Source: Octopus sinensis (taxonomy: Eukaryota). From it: 64,000 nucleotides of DNA. The DNA is taken from positions 152,272,001 through 152,336,000 of the forward strand of contig NC_042997.1 of the NCBI RefSeq assembly GCF_006345805.1, given 5' to 3'. Positions within the stretch are counted from its first letter, which is position 1. The number at the start of each line of letters is the position of its first letter. The notes under the pieces are model-generated. The model searched no databases, was not told the DNA's origin, and saw only the letters and a program-made list of their open reading frames with translations. Of this stretch, positions 24,510-37,988 are shown one piece after another. Both the position numbers and the translations under genes were made by a program.

Positions 24510-25390
24510 CATGAAGCCAGCTTGCTCTGATGGATGTGTAATGTCAGTGTGCATACTCGACAGAGTGTTAGTGCCTTGAGAGAGAGGTTGGACCAAAGAA
24601 GCATCAGATGTGTGCAAGAGAGACGACTGCACTGGTATGGCCATGTGGCGAGGATGGATGTGGATAGCTGTGTGAAAAAGTGCCGCACCCTAGCAGTTGA
24701 TGGAACTTGTGGAAGCGGAAGACCTGGGATGAGGTGGTGAAGTATTACCTTCAAAATCTGGGCCTCACCGAGGCATTGACTAGTGACCGGAATCTCTGGA
24801 AATATGCTGTGCTTGAGAAGACTCAGCAAGCACAAGTGAAACCATAATCTTGTGGCCTATGCCAGGGGTGTAACCATTCCACTTCCTTCAATGGACACTA
24901 AACTCTGCTTGCGAAGACTTGTTGAGGCTAGTGAAATCGAAATCAAATTCAATGACTGGCATCCGCGCTAAGAGTACCATACGAGTGAGATCGGGGCCAG
25001 AGCAACAAGCTGGCCTCCGAGCCGATGGCACATTAAAAGCACCAATCAAGCGTGATCGTTACCTTCATCGCCTTACTAGCACTTTTGCTGGTGGCACGTG
25101 GAAAAACATTTGAGCAAGGTCGTTGCCAGTGCCACTGGACTGGCTCCTGTGCAGGTGGCACATAAAAAGCACCATTTAAGTGTGGCATTGCCAGTACCGC
25201 CTGACTGACCCTCATGCTGGTGGCACGTAGAAGTACCCACTACACTCTCGGAGTGGTTGACGTTAGGAAGGGCATCCAGCTGTAGAAACTCTGCCAGATC
25301 AGATTGTAGTGTGGTGCAGCCATCTGGTTCGCCAGACCTCAGTCAAATCGTCGAACCCATGCTAGCATGGAAAGCGGACATTAAATGATA
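24510..25390 (+). mobile_element. 5'-truncated RTE-clade LINE: ORF C-terminus plus 3' UTR with internal repeats
   Basis: ERRLHWYGHVARMD...GRPG motif typical of RTE ORF ends; the tail matches the dispersed copies. Confidence 0.85.
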
Positions 25391-26267
25391 TGCATAATAT
25401 TTATAAACACTAGGTTTTGGGGGGTTTTTCTACACTATAATTAAACCCCCTTTTCTTTAATAGTATTTCTGTGTCACAAAAAAAGACTGGAAGTTTAATA
25501 TTTACTAATTGCTTATTCCTGGAAATAATGCCCATTGATTCTTTGTAAGAATATTTTTCTGTGGGTGATATTACAGTGAATGGTTTGTGTATCTATTGCA
25601 AAAGGTTTTACCATGTCCTACAATGATTTCATACAAATGTTTTTTGCTCAATGCTTCTCTGTTAACATCAGTTATTTAATTCTTCCTTGCGTAACCTCTA
25701 CATACATCTGCAAACATTCTGTTTTGTCAAGAATAATTTTGTTCTTACCCGGCTGTTAGAGACGGATTTGGTTTTCATATCTGACGAAGTGTAACAACAA
25801 GGAAAATATCGTACAATCCAATGGCGTCATTCACCACTGACAAACTTCTTTTTTTTTTTTTTCAAGTATAAGTGAAGAAATTTCTCCCAAGACTATCTCT
25901 GCAGTGGAAAAGTGTTATAACATCCAAATATACTTAAACAAGCTAACATGGCTTTACTGGCCATTACATTGTTCAATTAGACATTTCCAAATCAGTGAGT
26001 GTGGACTTAGCCCATCAAATGAAGGGTTGACAGCTCATGATATATGCAGTGTTGCTTTTAGAGATTTTGTCTTAAATGTAAATAGATATGATTTGCAGTG
26101 AACACCAGGAGCATTGTACAATGAATATACTATTAGTTGGCAACACTGAATACCAATTTTACCATGATAGGAAGGGAATTGATGTGAATGAGATGCTATT
26201 TAGGTTTCTCTCAGGACAAGGTACAAATGGGGTTTTTTTTTTTCTCTTTTTGAAGTTTGTAATGACG

Positions 26268-26400
26268 AGCAAGCCTCTTTATCTAGCTTTCATTGATTCA
26301 AAGAAGGCCTTTAAAAAAGATTCTGATCTGAAGGAAATTATACAGATGAATGACTTGTAAGACCTGTATTAGCCATGTGCATGAGTGCTGTTAGTAAGGA
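26268..26400 (+). mobile_element. Short RTE-like RT remnant
   Basis: KPLYLAFIDSKKAF resembles KPLYLAFVDLEKAFD. Confidence 0.55.
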
Positions 26401-27058
26401 CAGGCAAGCAAGAACGGTTCAAGGCTAGTTGTTCATGGGAATTCCTGAATGTTGACGGCCTAATTATTGTCACCAAACAAATGGAAAAGTTCTTGAGGTG
26501 GCAGATTTTAGAATCACTCTTAAAGTAAATATAGCAAAGACAAAATTTTAGTTGGCTCTAGAATTTTGTATTCTTATTTGATATGTAATATGCAGAAATA
26601 TAGCCATTCCTTATATTGTGCCCAATGTAAACTTCAAATGCATAAGAGATTCAGCATATTACAGGCAACTGCACTTAAATCTCATGGCTGTTTTATGACA
26701 GCTTGTTTGGTGTTAGGCAGAGCATTCAGCTGTAGAAACCATGCCAAATCAGATTGGAACCTGGTGTAGCCTTACAGCTTACCAGTTTTAATCAAACCTG
26801 TTTCTTTACTACCCACAAGGAGTTAAACACAGAGAGGACAGACAAACGGATTAAGTTGATTACATCGACCCCAGTGCGTAACTGGTACTTATTTAATCGA
26901 CCCCGAAAGGATGAAAGGCAAAGTCGACCTCGACGTAATATGAACTCAGTACGTAGCGGCAGACGAAATACCGCTAAGCATTTCGCCTGGTGTGCTAACG
27001 ATTCTGCCAGCTCGCCAGCATGAAAAGCAGATGCTAAATGATTATATTGTAAATCTAA

Positions 27059-27255
27059 CCCTTTAGCATTTAATTCCAACTTCAAATTTCTACCTGTTTT
27101 ATTTTAAAACAACCACTCAAACCTGCCTATACCATTCTAAAAATAAACAAATGCACCATTGAAATCTTGAAGCTACAAGATAGTGCATGATTAATCCAAG
27201 ACAATGAGAATAAAAAAGCATTACATGTGACAAAGAAATCTAAATGCTTAAAGGG
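27059..27255. mobile_element. TTAA-type MITE copy
   Basis: CCCTTTAGCATT ... AATGCTTAAAGGG; interior matches the other copies. Confidence 0.7.
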
Positions 27256-28549
27256 TTACAGTGATTGTAAGCCATTTACATAACCATTCAAATGGACCTT
27301 TAAGCAATCTATTGCTCAACAATAATATTTTGTTAGAAAATCAAGAATTTATGAGCTTTTTTTTTAAATCCAATTTCATGCTTAAAAATGCTAACCAAAA
27401 CAATAAACAGTCACATAAGAATGAAGAAAAATGTTTATTTTGAATATTTCAGGTGTTTTATGACACAGTATTTACTCATGGTTGTTTTGCTGAAGCAATG
27501 TAAATAGCAGATTTCAGCACTCATTGGCGTGGAACATTCTGTAGCAACATCCACTGGTAATGTCTGCTGCAAACTGCTACTGACTCACTACAAAGTGAGC
27601 TGATGAGTTTCACACTTGCTTCCAAGTTATAAATCATATCGTAGACTGTGGCCATGCTGGGGCACTGCCTTGAATTATTTTTAACTAATTGACTACAGTA
27701 TTTGTTTTTATTTTAATTTACGGTACTTATTCTCTCGGTGTTTTTTGCCAAACTGTTAAGTTACAGGGATGCAAACCAACATTGGCTGTCAAGTGGCAGT
27801 GGATATTGTAGAAGATACTTGGCTAAGGTGCCACACAGTAGGATTAAACCTGGAACTATGTGGTTTAGAAGCAAACTTCTTACCATGCTTGCACCTCTAA
27901 CTTTCTGGTACTTAATTTATCGGCCCCAAAAGGATGAAAGGCAAAGCTGACCTCAGCGGAATTTGAACTCAGAACGTAAAGACAGACGAAATACTGCTAA
28001 GCATTTTGCCCGGCGTGCCAACGTTTCTGCTATCTCACCACCTTAGTACTATAATAATATTGCTGTTATTAATAGTCTTGTATTTCTGTCTGTCATATAG
28101 GTACATGTGTTTATGCATTATGTATATAAGATAGTCGTTAGCACACCGGGCAAAATGCTTGGTATTTCGGCTACTGAGGTTGACTTTGCCTTTCATCCTT
28201 TCGGGGATGATTAAATAAGTACCAGTTATGCACTGGGGTCCATGTAATCAACTTACTCCTTCCCTGCAAATTTCAGGTCTTGTGCCTATAAGAGAATGGA
28301 TTATGTATATAAGACGTATAATGGTTTCAAATTTTGTTGCAAGGCAAGGAAGGCTGTGGGACGGGCTAAGCCAATTACATCGACTCCTGTGTATGACTAG
28401 TACTTCTTTTACTGACTCGAAAAGGATGAATGGCAAAGTGGACCTCTCTGAAATTTGAACTCATAACAAAGTGCTAGGAGAAAGATCACTAAGCATTTTG
28501 TTTACCTTACTAACGGTTGTGCCAACTCACTGCCTTATATAAGTATATA

Positions 28550-29765
28550 TTGGGTCATCCCATAAATAATGCTGTTTTTTTTATAGTTCTTTTATTTTTC
28601 AAAATTATGATAAATTTAAAATATACTCTCCTTCATTTTCTACAATGCTTTTCCATTTATCTGGTGGTAGACTTGCAAGGCTCCTCATCCAAAATTCACT
28701 TGTCTGTTATGAAAAATACTCTTCTAGTACTGTTCTGACCTCATCTACAGAATTCTTATATTTTCTGTCCAAATGATTTTGAAGACTGCGGAATAAATGA
28801 GAATCAGATGGGGCAATGTCCGGCGAATATAGTGGATGGGGCATCGTTTCCCATTCAAACTGCTCCAGCCTTTGGAATGTCATCCTCACTGTATGTGGCT
28901 GAGCATTATACTGATGGAAGAACATCTTTTGTCTTGAAACCAAAGATAGGCATTTTACTTCTAGCGCTGACTTAAGCTGCTCGCAGTAGATCTTTGGTAT
29001 CATTTGGTTTGGGTCTAAAAGTTTAAAGTGGACTAAACCTTACATATCCCACCAAACAGATAACAACAAGTTACGTGGATGAAGACCTTCTTTAGCCTAG
29101 GGCACCAGTGTTTCTCCCTTCCCTACCCACTGTCTTCGGCACTTGACAGTTTTATAGAAAACCCAGTCCTTGTCACCAGTCACTATTCGGTCCTAAAAAG
29201 GTTCATACGTGAGACGTGACAGTAAAGAAGAGCAGACGTTCACTTTCTACGCACAGTTAGACTCGGAAAGTTGTGAGGAACCCATTGACCCAATTTGCTG
29301 TCTTTCCCAATGGCACGCAAGTATCGATGAATGGTTGATCCACTTATTTTCTGATCCCCATACACTGCATCAATATTCCTCGCAGTTTCCGTTGCGTTGT
29401 TGCCTTTATTGAAGTCATTGAGCAAAATATGCCAAATATGCTTCTTTATCACTTCCATTTTAGCTTTGAAAAAATAACTGTTAAAATCGAAATGCACTCT
29501 GCAAAACTTGCACTAAGAATAAGGCGATTTTTTATTGCCTTCAAGGAACCAACATAGTACAACAGTATTTAAACAGTACAACAATATTTAAACCACAATA
29601 CAACAGCAATACAAACCAAATACTTCAAAACTTGCACTAAGAATAAGGACAAGGTAAAATTACTACCTGCTTTTATAGCAAGTTGATGCAGATAGCTTAT
29701 TCCGCCCCTTTCCGACTATTAGAGTATGCAACTGAATAAACTGCATTATTTATGGGATGACCCAA
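28550..29765 (-). mobile_element. Near full-length degenerate mariner transposon
   Basis: TA|TTGGGTCATCCCATAAATAATGC perfect 23-bp TIRs with TA TSD; broken transposase with HPLYSPDIAPSD (HPPYSPDLAPxD) and WVPHN motifs. Confidence 0.92.
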
Positions 29766-30800
29766 TATGAGGTCACTTTATTTTATTTATTTATTTATTT
29801 GGATTGAAGCTTTCGTTCAGCTACACAGTAGTAAATCCAGCACTGGAAAGAATCTGTCATCTCGTCGTCTATCTATCTACATAGATGTAGGTCTGACCTG
29901 AGGGGGATCTGATATCTTGATGAGCTGCTTCTGTCTGAAACCCCTGATATGTTCCCTTGCTTTTCCTTCGAGTTTGTAATGGCTCATTTGTACTCTCCTA
30001 GATTTACCTGTATGGCCAGAATCGTAATTGCTACACGTTTTTTTTGTTTCGTTTTTTTTAAATCACAAACACATCTCAGAACTGTTTCACAATCCACTCT
30101 AGTGTTATGTTAAATTCTCATCTAAATTTTAATGAGTGGAACTTATATCAAGTTTGCATGCTGGTTTCGAACCTTAATTGTTACCATTACTTTCCCCATT
30201 CCTCTTGTGTTTACTTAAAATCGTAACCATTAAGAAAATTGAGGATATACTTGGGGATATTAAATGACGAGGTACCATAGATATTTTCTAAATACCGGAT
30301 TTACAATGATGCCGCTAAACCAAGTCCCCACAAAATGGAAGCCCATAAGATACAAAATAAAACGACACCGTCAATACATGTATAATGCACTCGCACTCAA
30401 GCAGACATATATATATTCTCCTAGTAAGGAGGCCATTATAAATGGACTCTCCCTCTCGCCTATACCTTCGTTTCCATAGAACTTGCTAAGTTTTGAAGAT
30501 ACCGCGTACTTGCAGTATAACTGAGTTAAAACTAGGATCATCCGCCTTAGTTTGGCAAACAGCCTAAGAGAAAGATAACTCTGACTCCGAAACCGAACAG
30601 AGAGAGACTATTATCTTTGCCAGGTTATCCATCTAGGAAAGGGAAACTAGACGTAGCACCGGCAACTTGAGGACCACACTAATTTGTGCTTCACTGCACA
30701 TACATACAGCATTGACGGGAAGATTAACCCGTCCTGGACATATGATAGGTACATTACAACCCACCTAGATAGATATACCTTCGCTATACAGGAAGAGGGC

Positions 30801-31350
30801 GGAGGCGCGTGGCTTAGTGGTTAGGGTGTCAGCACCATGATCGTAAGATTGCGTTTTCGATTCCTGGACCGGGCGATGCGTTGTGTTCTTGAGTAAAACA
30901 CTTCATTTCACATTTCTCCAGTCCACTCACCTGGCAAAAATGAGTAACGCTGCGATGGACTGATGACCCATCCAGCTGGGGAGCACATACGCCATGGAAA
31001 CCGGGAAACCGGGCCCATGAGCCTGGCTAGGCTTTAAAAGGGCGCAAGTGGAGGCGCAATGGCCCAGTGGTTAGGGCAGCGGACTCGCGGTCGGAGGATC
31101 GCGATTTCGATTCCCAGACCGGGCGTTGGGTGTGTTTATTGATCGAAAACACCTAAAAGTTCCACGATGCTCCGGCAGGGGGTGGTGGCGACCCCTGTTG
31201 TACTCTTTCGCCACAATTTTCTCTCATTCTCTCTTCCTGTTTCTTGAATAACGCTGCGAAGGACTGGTGTCCCGTCCAACTGGGGGGAACACATACGTCA
31301 CAGAAACCAGTAAACCGGGCCCATGAGCTTGGCTAGGCTTGAAAAGGGCG
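30801..31350 (+). mobile_element. Two adjacent tRNA-derived SINEs with different heads and a shared tail
   Basis: A/B-box-like heads at 30801 and 31050; both end in AAACCGGGCCCATGAGC.TGGCTAGGCTT.AAAAGGGCG. Related heads at ~41610, ~46535 and ~61015. Confidence 0.75.
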
Positions 31351-31479
31351 ACGTTTATCGTTTTTTTTTTTTAATATATGAGGAAGAGGAGATAGCTATT
31401 AAATACCTGATAAACAAGAAGGACAAAAATACCATCAAACCTCCACGTTATGATAGAATATGCCGGCTCAGTTAAACCA

Positions 31480-32240
31480 GTGTGGGAGATATCACCCACA
31501 TCATCAGCAGCTATCCAAAATGTCAACAAAATACTATCTGCCTCTGAGGCATGATATAGTTGCAAAGACTAATTACAATACAATCCACAGGAAGGATTGC
31601 CCTGAAGTATAAAACAAAGGTATGTCAGAATTAGTATTTATCCACCATTTGAAAACAAGAATACTGGTGGAACACCCAATAAAAACATCAATTCGGTACA
31701 AACCTAACAGGCCTGATATTGTTCTATGGGACAGAGAACAAATAGCATGCACGGCTATAGCGATCAGCTGCCCAGCGGATGTGAATGTACAATCAAATGT
31801 CTAAGTGAGAGAGTAAAAAAATAACATTTATGGTGAATTAATGCAGAACCCTGACTATAAATTCTATTTTGGGATCTTTTCACTTTGACCGGAAGATTTT
31901 AAAAATAATTTCTTTGTAACTAAACACTTTTAAACTTCGTATACTGGTAGAATGTGTCACATAAAACATCTTTTTCTCTTGGCGTTCTTGAGAAAATTCT
32001 GTAGTTTATAAGCTATTTCTTGTTTAATTTTGGTATTTCGGCAATTTCTACCAATCAGTGACGTCTATTTTGTACCTGTCATTATACATAGGTGCATTAG
32101 GCTATGTACCTATAAGTTTACACAAAAACATAGAAATACTAGGTTTTTTGAAGATAAACAAAAGCAACCGACGCGGATTCCTTGAAAACCAATCTGTTAG
32201 TGGCACAGTGAAGATTTGTATGACATTCCAAAGATTCTCC
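31480..32240 (+). mobile_element. Decayed R4/Dong-like non-LTR C-terminus (CCHC finger plus restriction-like endonuclease), split by the GGATC-element fragment; second remnant at ~44915-45218
   Basis: HIISSYPKMSTKYYLPLRHDIVA, NRPDIVLWD, ISCPAD and IGALGYVP motifs read across broken frames. Confidence 0.65.
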
Positions 32241-33135
32241 ATCTGAGACTCTTTAGGTGAATAGATGCCCACGCTTCGGTGTGTGCATGGACAGCTCAAC
32301 TAACACAAACTTAACAATACATTTACAAACACCGGGAAGTCTCTTAACTAATAAAGTCTTGTCGCATTGTTTGCGACCGGTTTGAATTCTCTTAAGAAAG
32401 TAAATAAAACTCAAACATACACACGCAAGCACACGCACTCACATACACACGTAGGTATGCACCTGTATACGTGCTCAGGAGAAAGTACGAGACGATGATA
32501 AAATGGGACAAAAAATTCCAGAAAGTAAAATGTATTAAAATAGCAGGTTTTTCCCCCTTTAGAGTAACCTCCCTTGTTAACGTATTAAATAACTCCCTGA
32601 AGGTGTCGCAATCGATTTGTTCCTAATCATGTCGCCGAGCTATAATGAAGTTGGCAACGTAAACAAAACTTTGTTTTGACAGTTTCATTACTAACTGCAT
32701 CATGGTTGACAATCAATTTGTCGAGGCAGTCACTGCCTCTCTCATTCGGGAATATCTTAGTCGGAAGGTAAGTTAAATTCTAATTGTGTTGGTTTTTTAT
32801 TTCTTCATATTCTGATTTTCTTTTCGCTATTATCATTTGGTTAGCAACACTCAGAAATTATTATCAAGGAAAGATTATTAATTAAAAAGCAAAAAAAAAA
32901 AAATGATTGTTATTATTGTTTCCTTTTTCGATAGAAATTTCAATCTTCTTAATGCCAATATATATATGGAATAACTCATCGGCAAGTTTTATAGATGCGT
33001 GATTCCATTCTAAGCAGTTATACATGTGGATATAAGCACACGCTTCTACCTTCTTTCTCTCTCCCTCCATCTCTCTCTCTTTTTTTCTCACAACGTACAT
33101 ATATCCATGCAGACATTAATGTCAATGCGTGGGTA

Positions 33136-33184
<49 letters not shown>

Positions 33185-34869
33185 ATGTGTGTAGGGATTA
33201 CATTACACATATACACGTACATTCGTATACACATATTCATACATACACGCATTTATATATATGTATATATGTATATACATACATACATTCATTATACATA
33301 TATTTCGTTTCTCGTTGTGTTCTACGTTTATTTGTGGTGTCCTGTACTCATATATGCATGTATATATACATATAGATGTAGGTATGTACATATATGTATG
33401 TATGTATGCATGTGTTTTATTTATTAAATTGTTATCATATATATATATATATAGTTATTAGAAAGTGACAATGTACTCTAACAATATTTTTTTTGTTATT
33501 TCGGATCAACAATAACAAAAGGAAAAGTAAGCGAGCAAGCAAGCAACAAGGCGACTGCTAAAAATACACATTGCAATATGTATACATAAAAATATTTGAA
33601 GTGAAATACGTTTAGGAATAAGCGATAAGGGTACGTCCTTATCACAAATGATGCTGACTACTGTGCGAAGGTTGGTGGTGGTGATGGAATGAGAGTCACA
33701 GGAAAGTTTAGGGACACTGTTTTCTGTCTTATAGTTCATTATCATCATCTTCATCACCATCATCATCATCATCATCATCAACATCTACTTAAGAGTTGAA
33801 GAACTTTTCCAAAATTATTTGGTGTTTATGGCGCATCATTAGGAACTGAGTTTGTTATAAACTCCTTTTGGCATTTTTATGCTACGTTCACGATTAGGCT
33901 TGTTATCAACAAAAAACCTGCAGACTTCCCTCTCTATAAGTGCTAACCCTTTAGCAACATTCTTTTTCTGTCAATACAAGAAGTGTTAGCGGTAATTCCA
34001 TATTTTCAGCTTGCTCTTCTTCTAACTCACTGTTTCTCAACCGGGCTCCTAATGGCTCTTGAGGGGTTCATATAAGATTTCGTTGTTAAAGTTCATGTAC
34101 AATAAATCACTTGTACTTCTACAATTCATAAAATATTTTAAAATAAATTTTCTAATACAATTCCTTATAATATTTAATAATAAAACTATAATAATTGCAG
34201 CGTGGAAGGTGTTTATAAGCCATTTAAGAAAAAGTGATCGATAAAATAAGTCCAGGCTTAAAGAGAAAATAAGTACTGGAGTCGATTAGTTCGACTAAAA
34301 TTCCTCAAGGCGGTGCCCCAGCATGGCCGCAGTCTAATGACTGAAACAAGTAGAAGAGTACATTATTTACATTCGACGGATATTTGTGTGTTTCTTAAAT
34401 GGCTTATAAACACCTTCTACGCTGCAATTGTTTTGGTTCCAGCGCACGATCTCAGATCAGGTCACTTGCTATGCAAGTACATCTCCGTAAAACTATAATA
34501 GGATTGTTTTTTTTAAAAAACAGCGAATGGCTATGGTCGGGGTCCCGTAGAGTAAAATTCTAACCAAAGGAATTCTTGGGTAAAAATGATTGAGAAACAC
34601 TGTTTGAACAGCTGTAGCTCTTCGTTAGATAAACTTACCTTATAGAATACTAGCCACTTAGTCACACCATCCTATATGATTTCTCAGGCTCTAAATCATT
34701 TGCAAGTGTCACAATATTTTTCTGAATTTGATGTAGACGTTCTGCTTGCTGTCACGGATAGAATGTGGCCATGTATTTTTGCAATCACCTTTCAAAGTTG
34801 AGGGTTTCACTTCATCTTTTGATTTGGCTATTTTATTCACAGAATCCATTACTCTTTTACTCCTTTACT

Positions 34870-35265
34870 TGTTTCAGTCATTTGACTGCGGCCATGCTGG
34901 AGCACCGCCTTTAGTCGAGCAAATCGACTCCGGGACTAATTCTTTGTAAGCCCAGTACTTATTCTATCGGTCTCTTTTGCCGAACCGCTAAGTGACGGGG
35001 ACGTAAACACACCAGCATCGGTTGTCAAGCAATGCTAGGGGGACAAACACAGACACACAACCCCCCCACACACACACTCACATATATACATATACATATA
35101 TACGACAGGCTTCTTTCAGTTTCCGTCTACCAAATCCACTCACAAGGCATTGGTCGGCCCGGGGCTATAGCAGAAGACACTTGCCCAAGATGCCACGCAT
35201 TAGTTACTGAACCCGGAACCATGTGATTGGTTAGCAAGCTACTTACCGCATAGCCACTCCTGCGA
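34870..35265 (-). mobile_element. tRNA-headed SINE with a CORE-like TTGGGCAAGTGTCTTCT segment; opposite-orientation copy at ~35405-35765, others at ~42340-42670 and ~34245-34350
   Basis: Mutual similarity of the copies; tRNA-like head; central (CA)n spacer. Confidence 0.7.
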
Positions 35266-35839
35266 ATTTTCCCCAAAAGTTTTTAACTATAGGTTTTATC
35301 CTTTTTAGTTGTTTTCGTAAGTTGTTTGGAAGTTCTTCTCAGATAATAATGCCTTAGAGTCAACTAATTTTGATTCAGTGTCTGGAGTAAAAAAAAGCAT
35401 TCTTGTGTGGCTGTGTGGTAAGAAGTTTGCTTCCCAACCTCATTCCCCTGGGTTCAGTCCCACTACATGATACCTTGGGTGAGTGTCTTCTGCTATAGCG
35501 TCGGGCTGACCAAAGCATTGCGAGTGGATTTGGTAAACGGAAATTAAAAGAAGCTCGTTGAGTGTGTGTGTGTGTGTGTGTGCCCACCTCTACTTGACGA
35601 CCGATGTTGGTGTACTTACGTCTCTGTAATTTAGCGGTTCGTCTAAAAGTGATCGATAAAATAAGTCCAGGCTTAAAGATAAAATAAGTACTGGTGTCGA
35701 TTAGTTCGACTAAAATCCCTCACGGTGGTGCCCCAGCATGGCCGCAGTCTAATGACTGAAACAAGTAGAAGAATGCATTATTTACATTATCTACATTATT
35801 TACATTTGACGGATATTTGTCCTCATCTTGTCTGTTGTT

Positions 35840-35885
35840 AACACAACGTTTCGGCTGATATACTCTCTAGCGTTCATCAGGTGTC
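35840..35885 (-). ncRNA. Minimal type I hammerhead ribozyme motif (copy A)
   Basis: GACAC-CUGAUGA-A-(stem II, two substitutions)-GAAACGUU-GUGUU. Confidence 0.65.
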
Positions 35886-36466
35886 TTGGGAAATTTCGAA
35901 CCTGGGTTCTCATTCCTAAGGTATTTTTCGATGTTGTTGTTGTTGTTGTATTCAAGAGTAATACAACACTTTGCAAATATCACCAATCGAAAAGAATATG
36001 ATCAAAAACTGTGTGTACTCCATCCTGTGCAGCTGTGGTAGGTTATATAAAGGCGAAACATGCCGCCCCCTCAAAATAAGGGTAGAGGAACATTGCAAAA
36101 CTGTGACACGGGGTGATATTGATAAATCGGGTATATCTGATCATGTATGGAAAAAAGGAAACCACCTTCCCCTGTAGGATGAAGTTAAAATAATAGACAG
36201 AGAACACCACTGGAAAATACGAAAAATAAAAGCAGCACATATGCTAGGTCGCAACAACCTCCTAAGTAGACCGAGTGTAGATATGAATAGCATATGGGAA
36301 CCGGTATCAAGGAAGGATAGGATAATTTATAAGCCCTAAAATTCAATCTATAATTGCCCACGGGCATATGCCGTAGTGGTTAAGAGTGCGGGCTACTAAC
36401 CCCAAGACTCCGAGTTCGATTCCAACAACTATAGCAATGAATGAGAACCCAGGTTCGAAAGTTCCC

Positions 36467-36508
36467 CACCTGATGAAGGCTGGAGGGTATGTCAGCTGAA
36501 ACGTCGAA
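36467..36508 (+). ncRNA. Hammerhead motif, copy B (stem I lost by deletion)
   Basis: CUGAUGA-A-GGCUG/CAGCU-GAAACGUC; the sequence after GAAACGU is deleted relative to copies A and C. Confidence 0.5.
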
Positions 36509-37282
36509 TGTAAATGATGTAAATAATGTACATAATTCCTCATCTCTTAAATATAGAACAAATAGAAGAGATCTGAAAACTTAAGTTCATTGGGTGGATT
36601 GGTGCATTATCTAAAAGAACAATGCTTCGTTTGAAATATCATATCTGTCCCAACCCACTCTATGAAAAACCTTCTCATTCGAACGCCAAATCAAAAGCAA
36701 ATTAAACTTTGCATAAGCCTTAAAAGCCCCTGGATTTTTGGAGTGATACATGAGTAAAAACATATCCCAGATGAAGCACGGGACAAAGTTTTGGATGCTT
36801 TAAATCTTGGTGTTGATTTTTCTTCTCGAGAAATGTAAGTTCTAGCAAGTATGTGCTTCTAGAAGTATGTGTTTCATCAACAGTGTACACTTATGTAGCT
36901 CTTTCCCACTATCATTTTGTTTTCAGTTAATATATATATATATTTGTTCTATATTTAAGAGATGAGGAATTATGTATGTATATGTGTATATATATATGTA
37001 TGTATGTATATATATACATATATGTGTGTATATATATAAATATATATATGTATATATATATAAATATATATATGTATATATATGTATATATGTATATCAC
37101 GTGACCGACCAGACCATCAGATGTTGTTACACATCGCTGGTCACAATGCATTCGCATTGTTTTAGCCTTCGAATGACGCCACCCCGCTGGCTAAGCGAGC
37201 AGGCCAATATATGTATATATATATATGTATATATAGTAGAGATTTGTTACAAAAAGAAAATATAAAATATATACATACATAT

Positions 37283-37314
<32 letters not shown>

Positions 37315-37316
<2 letters not shown>

Positions 37317-37656
37317 AGGAAAATTTTTTTAAAATGCAGAATGCTCAAATGAAAGAAAATTTTAATAAAATGAGAAATTAATAAAATATATAAATATATA
37401 TTTATTCAACCGGTTTTCGTCATTGTTAAGAAAATTGCATTGTTTTTTGTAAAAGAATAATGATAAAAATGCAATTTTCTTTTTTTCCCCTTTCTAATTT
37501 TTAAAAAAACTTTTTAAAACATAAATATTCTTGACAAGTCATACAATGACGAAAACCGGTTGAATAAATATATATTTATATATTTTATCAATTTCTCATT
37601 TTATTAAAATTTTCTTTCATTTGAGCATTCTGCATTTAAAAAAAAAATTTTCCTTA
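37315..37656. mobile_element. AT-rich MITE-like foldback with ~112-bp near-perfect arms
   Basis: 37315-37426 vs 37543-37656 differ by only a few positions; TA at both ends; inner 14-bp inverted repeat AAGAAAATTGCATT. Confidence 0.8.
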
Positions 37657-37702
37657 CTTATCATTTCTCCACGTGCGGTCAACACAACCCCACCATTATT
37701 GA

Positions 37703-37775
<73 letters not shown>

Positions 37776-37988
37776 GTATATATATGTGTATATATATATG
37801 TATAGATCGCTAGTTTCTCTCCTTGTTTCTTTCTGTGTTCCTTTCTGTGGAAGAGCGTAGGCTCGAAACGTTAAAGACTCTTTCAATTCCCGAGCATTAT
37901 ACTAATACATCTGTTTGTTTTCTACACCACCCGTCTTCGTCTTTTATTTTGTTTTTTTTTGTGAATTCTCACTATATATATATATATA

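Larger units (their letters stand above)
35775..36560 (+). mobile_element. Penelope-like element 3' end: GIY-YIG endonuclease between an inverted and a direct terminal repeat
   Basis: CVYSILCSCGRLYKGET...EH...SDHVW...L*DEVKIIDRE (35971-~36340, one in-frame stop). The hammerhead-bearing repeat is on minus at 35775-35950 and on plus at 36439-36560. Confidence 0.8.

Noticed and set aside
25868-26101. Open frame after a poly-T/CAAG acceptor (ISEEISPKT...YDLQ*)
   Set aside because: No recognisable motif and no partner exons; could be chance.
32995-33461. Cluster of Y/I/C/V/M-rich ORFs (also 36927-37265, 43757-46128, 53307-53640, 56195-56619, 57863-58177, 59070-59579)
   Set aside because: Translations of microsatellites.
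36362-36425. tRNA-like sequence (also 30801, 31050, 41610, 46535, 61015)
   Set aside because: A/B-box heads of SINEs; no complete acceptor stem.
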